A stretch of DNA of 64,000 nt from an uncultured Hungatella sp. (GTDB lineage Bacteria > Bacillota > Clostridia > Lachnospirales > Lachnospiraceae). The stretch covers positions 29,837 to 93,836 of the forward strand of contig CAJTUV010000009.1 in the NCBI GenBank assembly GCA_910579515.1, given 5' to 3'. Under the pieces are notes generated by a model that was not told where the DNA came from, searched no databases, and saw only the letters and a program-made list of their open reading frames with translations. Positions within the stretch are counted from its first letter, which is position 1. Each line of letters opens with the position of its first letter. Positions 1 to 7,183 of this stretch are shown here, one piece after another. The position numbers and the translations under genes were made by a program.

Positions 1-350
1 ATACAGATCCTGCATATAAGGGGATTTCCAGCATAGAGCTGTTAAAGCAGGTAGGAGGGCTTTTGGAGGAGCGTGGATTCGTGGTTGAAAATATTGACGC
101 CACCATTATTGCTCAGAGACCGAAGCTGGCCACGTACCGGCCTTTGATGGCGGAAAACATCGGAAAGGCTTTAAAACTGTCAACAGACAGAGTCAGCGTA
201 AAGGCCACCACAGAAGAGGGGCTTGGATTTACCGGAACCGGAGAGGGGATTTCGGCTCAGGCGATTACCCTGTTGACATCCTTAAAGGATTACTGCTATG
301 ATGACAGGAGCTCTAATCAGGGCTGTGCAGCCTGTCGGAGTCGTGTTTGA
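1..350 (+). CDS. ispF: 2-C-methyl-D-erythritol 2,4-cyclodiphosphate synthase (5'-partial, runs off window)
   Basis: Frame open from window start ([10 protein letters not shown]...); [13 protein letters not shown] and [15 protein letters not shown] motifs; precedes cysS as in typical Firmicutes. Confidence 0.93.
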   Translation, partial: TDPAYKGISSIELLKQVGGLLEERGFVVENIDATIIAQRPKLATYRPLMAENIGKALKLSTDRVSVKATTEEGLGFTGTGEGISAQAITLLTSLKDYCYDDRSSNQGCAACRSRV

Positions 351-387
351 ATTTCATAAACACCTAAAAATAAGAAAGGGGAAGAAT

Positions 388-1797
388 ATGAAAATTTTCA
401 ATACATTGTCAAGAAGGAAAGAGGAGTTTGTGCCCTTAGAGCCCGGAAAGGTGAAAATGTATGTCTGCGGGCCGACGGTTTACAATTTCATTCACATTGG
501 CAATGCCAGACCTATGATTGTGTTTGACACCGTAAGGCGTTATTTTGAATACAAGGGCTATGAGGTAAATTACGTATCCAATTTTACAGATGTAGACGAC
601 AAAATCATCAAAGCGGCCCTGGAGGAAGGGGTGACGGCTGAGACCATTTCCAAACGGTATATTGAGGAATGTAAAAAGGACATGGCGGCTATGAATGTAA
701 AGGAGGCCACCACCCATCCTCTGGCGACGGAAGAGATTGGCGGAATGCTGGAGATGATCCACACTTTGATAAAGTCCGGCCACGCCTATCAAGCAGAGGA
801 CGGAACGGTTTATTTCAGAACCGGCTCTTTTAAAGACTATGGTAAGCTTTCTCACAAAAATTTGGAGGAACTTCAGTCTGGATTTCGGGAGATCAAGGTG
901 ACGGGAGAGGAGGGAAAGGAGGATTCTTCTGATTTTGTGCTGTGGAAGCCAAAGAAGGAAGGGGAGCCTTTCTGGGAGTCTCCCTGGTGCCAGGGACGTC
1001 CGGGATGGCATATCGAGTGTTCTGTCATGTCCAAAAAATATTTGGGCGACCAGATTGACATCCATGCAGGCGGCGAGGATCTGATCTTTCCTCATCATGA
1101 AAATGAAATTGCTCAGAGCGAGGCTGCTAATGGCAGGGAGTTTGCAAAATATTGGATGCACAACGCATTCTTAAATATAGACAATCGGAAAATGTCCAAG
1201 TCCTTAGGTAACTTTTTTACAGTCCGTGAAATCAGCGAGAAGTACGATCTGCAGGTGCTTCGGTTTTTTATGTTAAGCGCTCATTACCGCAGTCCCCTAA
1301 ACTTCAGCGCAGATTTAATGGAAGCTTCCAAAAACGGCCTGGAGCGGATTTTAACAGGAATGGAGAAGCTAAAGGATCTGGAAAAAGGAGCGGCTCATAC
1401 TGGAGGAAAGGCAGAGGAGGAAGAGAAAATTTCCGAAGCAAAAGCTCTGGTAGAAAAGTATGAGGCGGCTATGGAGGATGATTTTAATACTGCAGATGCC
1501 ATTTCTGCTGTGTTCGAGCTGGTGAAGTTAAGTAATTCCACAACCGATGCAGACAGCAGCAGAGAATACGTGACTTTTCTTAAAGAGACCTTAGAGAAAC
1601 TGTGCGACGTCTTAGGCATAATCACGGAAAAAAAGGCGGAGGTCCTGGACAGTGAGGTTGAGGAAATGATTAAGGCCCGCAAACAGGCGCGAAAAGAGAA
1701 AAATTTTGCCCTGGCAGATGAAATCAGAGCAAACCTTCTTAACATGGGCATCGTACTGGAGGATACCAGGGAAGGCGTGAAATGGAAGAGGGTATGA
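388..1797 (+). CDS. cysS: Cysteine--tRNA ligase
   Basis: YVCGPTVY, HIGN, GRPGWHIECS and KMSKS motifs; ATG at 388 after a purine-rich RBS. Confidence 0.98.
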   Translation: MKIFNTLSRRKEEFVPLEPGKVKMYVCGPTVYNFIHIGNARPMIVFDTVRRYFEYKGYEVNYVSNFTDVDDKIIKAALEEGVTAETISKRYIEECKKDMAAMNVKEATTHPLATEEIGGMLEMIHTLIKSGHAYQAEDGTVYFRTGSFKDYGKLSHKNLEELQSGFREIKVTGEEGKEDSSDFVLWKPKKEGEPFWESPWCQGRPGWHIECSVMSKKYLGDQIDIHAGGEDLIFPHHENEIAQSEAANGREFAKYWMHNAFLNIDNRKMSKSLGNFFTVREISEKYDLQVLRFFMLSAHYRSPLNFSADLMEASKNGLERILTGMEKLKDLEKGAAHTGGKAEEEEKISEAKALVEKYEAAMEDDFNTADAISAVFELVKLSNSTTDADSSREYVTFLKETLEKLCDVLGIITEKKAEVLDSEVEEMIKARKQARKEKNFALADEIRANLLNMGIVLEDTREGVKWKRV

Positions 1798-2231
1798 TGG
1801 AGTTTTTAGACTACTTTAGACAGTCCCTTCACTTAAAGCCAGTGGACGCCAATACCTATTCGCCTCTTGTCTTGGCCTATCTGGGCGATTCTGTATACGA
1901 ATTGATGATTCGGACCAGAGTGACGAACCGTGGAAGTATGCAGGTCAATAAAATGCACAAAAAGAGCGCCAGTCTTGTAAAGGCTCAAACCCAGGCCCAG
2001 ATTTTGAAATTACTGGAGCCGGAACTTACGCCGGAGGAGGAGGCTGTTTATAAAAGGGGCAGGAATGCAAAATCTGCTTCTATGGCCAAACATGCCACCA
2101 TGATTGACTACCGGATGGCTACGGGATTTGAGGCTTTGATTGGTTATCTGTTTTTGACAGAACAGTATTCCCGTATGGTGGAGCTTGTGGGCAAGGGTTT
2201 AGAATTCATAGGAGAGTTTGAGTCAGAATGA
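1794..2231 (+). CDS. mrnC: Mini-ribonuclease III
   Basis: LAYLGDSVYEL, KRGRNA and YRMATGFEALIGYL motifs; lies between cysS and rlmB. Confidence 0.92.
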   Translation: MMEFLDYFRQSLHLKPVDANTYSPLVLAYLGDSVYELMIRTRVTNRGSMQVNKMHKKSASLVKAQTQAQILKLLEPELTPEEEAVYKRGRNAKSASMAKHATMIDYRMATGFEALIGYLFLTEQYSRMVELVGKGLEFIGEFESE

Positions 2232-2971
2232 ATGAGGAAAAATTTATAGAGGGAAGAAACGCGGTTTTAGAGGCATTTCGCTCAGGAAAAACCATTGATA
2301 AGCTGTATGTTTTGGACGGCTGTAAGGACGGACCAGTTCAAAGCATCTTAAGAGAGGCAAAAAAGCAGGATACCATCGTCAATTTTGTGAATAAGGAAAG
2401 GCTGGATCAGTTGTCTCAGACAGGCCGCCATCAGGGGGTTCTTGCTCAGGCAGCCGCCTATGAGTACTGTGAAGTAGAGGATATTTTAAACCGTGCCAGA
2501 GAAAAGAACGAACCGCCGTTTCTCTTTCTTTTGGACGGAATCGAGGATCCGCACAATTTAGGGGCCATTATCCGCACTGCCAATCTGGCGGGGGCTCATG
2601 GAGTTATTATTCCAAAGCGCAGGGCTGTGGGACTGACGGCAATCGTTGCCAGAACCTCTGCGGGAGCGCTGAATTATACGCCTGTGGCTAAGGTGACCAA
2701 TCTTGCCGCTACCATTGATCAGTTGAAAAAAGAGGGGCTGTGGTTTGTCTGTGCAGACATGAAAGGAGAGAGCATGTACCGCCAGAACCTGACGGGCCCT
2801 ATTGGACTGGTGATTGGAAATGAAGGGGAAGGCGTGGGGAAGCTGGTAAAAGAAAAGTGCGACCTGACTGCTTCCATCCCTATGAAAGGAGAGATTGATT
2901 CTCTGAATGCCTCCGTGGCGGCAGGCGTTCTGGCCTACGAGATTGTGAGACAAAGAATGGAACTTACATAG
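2228..2971 (+). CDS. rlmB: 23S rRNA (Gm2251) 2'-O-methyltransferase
   Basis: SPOUT motifs DPHNLGAIIRTA, GNEGEG and SLNASVAAG. Confidence 0.93.
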   Translation: MNEEKFIEGRNAVLEAFRSGKTIDKLYVLDGCKDGPVQSILREAKKQDTIVNFVNKERLDQLSQTGRHQGVLAQAAAYEYCEVEDILNRAREKNEPPFLFLLDGIEDPHNLGAIIRTANLAGAHGVIIPKRRAVGLTAIVARTSAGALNYTPVAKVTNLAATIDQLKKEGLWFVCADMKGESMYRQNLTGPIGLVIGNEGEGVGKLVKEKCDLTASIPMKGEIDSLNASVAAGVLAYEIVRQRMELT

Positions 2972-3048
2972 GAGATTCATAGATTTCCCAAAATCAGGAA
3001 TACTATAATCAGAAATCAAAAAATGTAAAACAGGAAAGAGGTCTGATT

Positions 3049-4002
3049 ATGGTAAATGACAAACGAAAAGTAGTTTTGGTAGGCACTGGCATGGTGGGCA
3101 TGAGTTATGCTTATTCTTTGCTGAATCAGAATGCATGCGACGAGCTGGTGCTGGTTGATATTGATAAGAAGCGGGCAGAGGGCGAGGCTATGGATTTGAA
3201 TCATGGCCTGGCCTTTTCTGGCGCAAACATGAGAATCTATGCAGGAGAATATGAGGATTGCCGAGACGCGGATATTGTGGCGATCGCAGCAGGAGTGGCT
3301 CAAAAACCTGGGGAGAGCAGGCTGGATTTGTTAAAACGCAATACGCAGGTCTTCCGTTCCATAATTGAGCCGGTGACTGCCTCTGGATTTAACGGAATTT
3401 TTCTGGTTGCGGCTAACCCGGTTGATATTATGACCAGAATTACCTACGCCTTGTCCGGCTTTAATCCCAGACGGGTATTGGGAAGCGGTACGGCGCTGGA
3501 CACAGCCAGACTTCGGTATCTTTTGGGAGAATACCTCCATGTGGACCCCAGAAATATTCATGCCTATGTTATGGGAGAACATGGAGACAGCGAGTTCGTT
3601 CCCTGGAGCCAGGCTCTTTTGGCTACCAAACCTATTTTAGAGCTGTGTGGAGAGGAAGCCGTGTGCCAGGAGAAGCTGACTGAAATCGCCAAAGAGGTCC
3701 AGGGAGCGGCTTACAAGATTATTGATGCCAAGAGGGCCACCTATTATGGAATCGGTATGGCAATGACCAGAATCACCAGAGCGATTTTTGGAGACGAAAA
3801 CAGCGTGGTGACGGTTTCTGCTATGTTAAGAGGAGAGTATGGACAGTCGGACGTGTTTGCAGGAGTTCCCTGCATCATCAACCAAAACGGGGTCCAGAGA
3901 GTGCTTCAGCTTTCTTTAACCAAAGAGGAGTCCGATGAGTTTGGCCGTTCCTGCCAGGTGCTTAAGGAGAGTTATGAGGAAATAAAACAGGAGATGATAT
4001 AA
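3049..4002 (+). CDS. ldh: L-lactate dehydrogenase
   Basis: GTGMVG Rossmann motif, QKPGESRLDL, GSGTALDTARLR and GEHGDS. Confidence 0.93.
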   Translation: MVNDKRKVVLVGTGMVGMSYAYSLLNQNACDELVLVDIDKKRAEGEAMDLNHGLAFSGANMRIYAGEYEDCRDADIVAIAAGVAQKPGESRLDLLKRNTQVFRSIIEPVTASGFNGIFLVAANPVDIMTRITYALSGFNPRRVLGSGTALDTARLRYLLGEYLHVDPRNIHAYVMGEHGDSEFVPWSQALLATKPILELCGEEAVCQEKLTEIAKEVQGAAYKIIDAKRATYYGIGMAMTRITRAIFGDENSVVTVSAMLRGEYGQSDVFAGVPCIINQNGVQRVLQLSLTKEESDEFGRSCQVLKESYEEIKQEMI

Positions 4003-4012
4003 AAGCTTAAAA

Positions 4013-4037
4013 CTGCCGCCCATTTCCTGCAGCATGG
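4013..4037. terminator. Hairpin between the convergent ldh and DUF4397 genes; right arm extends to about 4056
   Basis: Inverted repeat TGCCGCCCAT...ATGGGCGGCA. Confidence 0.5.
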
Positions 4038-4062
4038 CTCTGTAAGATGGGCGGCATGATAG

Positions 4063-5106
4063 TTAATCTTCCACAGTAAGAACGCGGAAATTGTTATTCG
4101 ACCAGCTGTTTCCAATCAGGTAGGAGGTATATTTGGATCTTGCGCAGATGTCAATCTGGTAGGATACTAAAGGCTCGTTGGAGAAGCTGCCTGTGGTGAC
4201 GGCGCCTATGACGAGAACGGGAAGTTCCCGAATTACTGTGAAATTGCTGGAATTTGTGATGTAGAATTGATAGGAGCCTGCCATTGCCTGTTTGTAGGCA
4301 GTAACTTCCTGGAATCCGATATTGCGGAAAACGGCATCATGGCTGTAGAGCATCACGTCAAAGCTGGAGCCGCTGTAAGCCATGTTCGCAACACGATAGC
4401 ATCCGGTGTTGGCGTTTAAGGTATTGCAGCTTGTGCTGGCAACCTGAACCATATTAAGACCGCCCTGGGCAGAGTCTACTAAAACCATGGTATATTTTTC
4501 ATTTGCTGAGAATGGGAAAGTCTGCTGGAGCAGAACCGCCCGCATTCCTGTGGAACGCCTTACCGTTATGGTATGGAAACCATCCGAAATCCTGCTGTAA
4601 TTCGTGATAGTACCAAAACCAACATTAGATGCATAACTTGTATTATCAACAGTAATATTGATGGTGTAATTGTTGGTGGCGGCATTTAAGAATCTTACCT
4701 GGCCGTAATTGGCTGGAGAAGGACAGCTGGGGCAGGAAGGAAAAGAAGGGAAGACCGGAAACGTGGGGAACGTAGGGGTAGTATTCCCAGGATAAGCCGG
4801 AATGCCGCCTTCTGGAGCGATGGGGAGAGAGATGCCATAGTCGTTGTTATTGCTGTCATTTCCAGGATAAGCCGGAATGCCGCCTTCTGGAGCAATCGGA
4901 AGGGAAATGCCGTAATCGTTGTTTTGAGCGTTCTCTCCATTGCCGGAACACGTAGGAACCGTTTCATCAGCTGCGGCCGGAGTTGTAATCCCATAATCAA
5001 TATCAGATAAATGGGTGGTGGAAATATTGCCGTTTGTCTGTGCGGCGGTCATATCTGGAGTACTGTTTTGAGGTGCAGGGCGTTGGTTCGAATTATTAGC
5101 AGCCAT
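4063..5106 (-). CDS. DUF4397-like protein with a low-complexity, repeat-containing N-terminus; probably sporulation-associated
   Basis: QVRFLNAAT and YRVANMA beta-domain starts; Pro/Asn-rich N-terminus; sigmaK-like promoter upstream. Confidence 0.7.
   Translation of the reverse strand: MAANNSNQRPAPQNSTPDMTAAQTNGNISTTHLSDIDYGITTPAAADETVPTCSGNGENAQNNDYGISLPIAPEGGIPAYPGNDSNNNDYGISLPIAPEGGIPAYPGNTTPTFPTFPVFPSFPSCPSCPSPANYGQVRFLNAATNNYTINITVDNTSYASNVGFGTITNYSRISDGFHTITVRRSTGMRAVLLQQTFPFSANEKYTMVLVDSAQGGLNMVQVASTSCNTLNANTGCYRVANMAYSGSSFDVMLYSHDAVFRNIGFQEVTAYKQAMAGSYQFYITNSSNFTVIRELPVLVIGAVTTGSFSNEPLVSYQIDICARSKYTSYLIGNSWSNNNFRVLTVED
4787..4923. repeat. Two copies of a 75-bp-period direct repeat encoding NNDYGISLPIAPEGGIPAYPGN
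   Basis: CCAGGATAAGCCGGAATGCCGCCTTCTGGAGC occurs at 4787 and 4862. Confidence 0.9.
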
Positions 5107-5132
5107 ATAAAAAGCCTCTTTGTTTTTTACTT

Positions 5133-5160
5133 TACATTATGAGAGGGAAAGTGGGGGTGT
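5133..5160 (-). promoter_or_regulatory. SigmaK-like promoter of the DUF4397 gene
   Basis: Minus strand reads ACA-N16-CATAATGTA, matching ACA-N16-CATA---TA. Confidence 0.55.
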
Positions 5161-5199
5161 TACGTTTTCCTGCATTTTTGACAGAAAATAAATTTTTTG

Positions 5200-5228
5200 T
5201 TGACAAAACCTATATCTCGTGATAATAT
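5200..5228 (+). promoter_or_regulatory. SigmaA promoter of tRNA-Thr
   Basis: TTGACA-N17-TAATAT with an extended -10 TG. Confidence 0.7.
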
Positions 5229-5267
5229 AACTAAGGCTTAAGCGACAGCTTGGCCGATAGAGAGGTT

Positions 5268-5340
5268 GCTGATGTGGCACAGGTGGTAGCGCACCTCATT
5301 GGTAATGAGGAGGTCACGGGTCCGAGTCCCGTCATCAGCT
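5268..5340 (+). tRNA. tRNA-Thr(GGT)
   Basis: Cloverleaf: acceptor GCTGATG/CATCAGC, anticodon arm CCTCA-TTGGTAA-TGAGG, T arm ACGGG-TCCGAGT-CCCGT; CCA not encoded. Confidence 0.93.
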
Positions 5341-5343
5341 CTA

Positions 5344-5406
5344 CTAAAAACCCCTTGAAAATAGTTGAATTCATTAGAGATTCAATTATTTTCAAGGGGT
5401 TTTTAG
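5344..5406. terminator. 27-bp inverted repeat or terminator directly after the tRNA
   Basis: CTAAAAACCCCTTGAAAATAGTTGAAT / ATTCAATTATTTTCAAGGGGTTTTTAG, with one G-T pair. Confidence 0.75.
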
Positions 5407-5425
5407 CGTTTTTACCTGTTCCCTA

Positions 5426-5471
5426 TTGACTTCTCAGGTAACATTCAGTAGAATGCTTGTAAGCGCTTACA
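5426..5471 (+). promoter_or_regulatory. uxaA promoter with a cre/LacI-family operator just downstream of the -10
   Basis: TTGACT-N17-TAGAAT (5426-5454); perfect palindrome TGTAAGCGCTTACA (5458-5471). Confidence 0.75.
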
Positions 5472-5515
5472 TTTCTGACAATCCATAAAATTATAGAAAA
5501 AAAGGAGAAGACATT

Positions 5516-6997
5516 ATGCAGAATCTCATCAGAATCAACCAGAAAGACAATGTGGCAGTGGCTCTTTTGCCCATAGCCAAAGGGGAGACCATGACCATTT
5601 CCCAGCTTTTGGTCACTGCCTCAGAGGACATTCCCCAGGGGCATAAGATGGCCATAAAACCGATAAAGAGTGGAGAGAGCGTGGTAAAGTACGGATTTCC
5701 CATTGGCAATGCTAAGGAGGATATTCAGGCGGGCCAGTGGGTTCATGTTCACAACCTGAAAACCGGACTGGGAGACCTTTTGACTTATCACTATGAGCCT
5801 GTGGACGGGCAGCTTAAACAGACAGAGCACGCATATTTTCAGGGATTTCGCCGTACAGACGGCAAAGCGGGAGTGCGCAATGAGATCTGGATTATTCCTA
5901 CGGTTGGCTGTGTCAACTCCATTGCCCAGGCATTGGAAAAGAAGGCAAAGAGACTGATTGGCGGCAGTCTGGAAGATGTGGCGGCATTTCCTCATCCTTA
6001 CGGCTGTTCCCAGATGGGAGACGATCAGGAGTACACAAGGACTGTCCTGGCAGATATGATTCACCACCCCAATGCAGGAGGCGTTCTGGTTTTAGGACTG
6101 GGATGTGAAAACAGCAATATTCCTGTTTTGAAGGAGTACATAGGGGAGTATGATGAGGATCGAGTGAAGTTTCTTCAGTGCCAGGATGTGGAAGATGAAA
6201 TGGAAACAGCCATGGAGCTTTTAGAAGAGCTGGCCCAGTATGCAAAAGGATTTCAGAGAGAGAGCATCGACGCCAGCGAACTGATCGTCGGAATGAAATG
6301 CGGCGGCTCTGACGGGCTTTCTGGCATTACGGCGAATCCCGTTGTAGGCGCATTTTCCGACCTTCTGATTTCAAAAGGCGGGACCACCATTTTAACAGAG
6401 GTGCCGGAGATGTTTGGAGCTGAGACGATTTTGATGAATCGCTGCGAGACGCCAAAACTTTTTGAACAGACCGTAGAGTTGATCAATAACTTTAAAAACT
6501 ATTTTACCAGCCACAATCAGACCATTTATGAGAATCCTTCTCCAGGAAATAAAAAAGGAGGCATTTCTACTCTGGAGGACAAGTCCTTGGGATGTACGCA
6601 GAAATCTGGAAATGCGCCGGTGAAAGGAGTGCTGGCTTATGGAGAGCAGGTAAAGACCAAAGGACTGAACCTGCTAAGCGCTCCCGGAAATGATCTGGTG
6701 GCCTCTACTGCGTTAGCCGTATCGGGCGCTCAGATTGTGTTGTTTACCACCGGAAGGGGAACTCCCTTTGCATCTCCTGTTCCTACGGTGAAAATTTCAA
6801 GTAATTCAGCCCTGGCAGATAAAAAACAAACCTGGATTGATTTTAATGCAGGGCGCATGGTGGAGGATAAGACGAAAGAAGAGCTGGCCGGAGAGCTTTT
6901 TGATTATGTGCTGTCAGTTGCCTCAGGAAGGAAAGTAAAGGCGGAAGAAGCCGGCTTTCATGATATGGCGATTTTCAAACAGGGAGTTACGTTGTAA
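5516..6997 (+). CDS. uxaA: Altronate dehydratase (UxaA family)
   Basis: N-terminal SAF domain (DNVAVAL, GHKMA), HPYGCSQ, GLGCE, KCGGSDG, NPSPGNKKGG and FTTGRG. Confidence 0.92.
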   Translation: MQNLIRINQKDNVAVALLPIAKGETMTISQLLVTASEDIPQGHKMAIKPIKSGESVVKYGFPIGNAKEDIQAGQWVHVHNLKTGLGDLLTYHYEPVDGQLKQTEHAYFQGFRRTDGKAGVRNEIWIIPTVGCVNSIAQALEKKAKRLIGGSLEDVAAFPHPYGCSQMGDDQEYTRTVLADMIHHPNAGGVLVLGLGCENSNIPVLKEYIGEYDEDRVKFLQCQDVEDEMETAMELLEELAQYAKGFQRESIDASELIVGMKCGGSDGLSGITANPVVGAFSDLLISKGGTTILTEVPEMFGAETILMNRCETPKLFEQTVELINNFKNYFTSHNQTIYENPSPGNKKGGISTLEDKSLGCTQKSGNAPVKGVLAYGEQVKTKGLNLLSAPGNDLVASTALAVSGAQIVLFTTGRGTPFASPVPTVKISSNSALADKKQTWIDFNAGRMVEDKTKEELAGELFDYVLSVASGRKVKAEEAGFHDMAIFKQGVTL

Positions 6998-7183
6998 AAA
7001 TACGATTTGAATATCGGTAATTTGCATAAAAAAGGGTTTGCCAGAGAAAATAGAAGGTACGATTTTTAGAACAAATTGCTGAATTGCAGAAATTGTCCTT
7101 TTCAAGTATGAAAAATACTTGCACTGAGAACTATTGGGTGATAAAATTTTTTCTGTTACAGGAAATAAAAAGGAGGAAGAGAC

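Noticed and set aside
436..1161. Long antisense ORFs inside cysS (and similarly in smc, lysS and the permeases)
   Set aside because: Shadow frames of well-conserved genes, with no motifs or RBS
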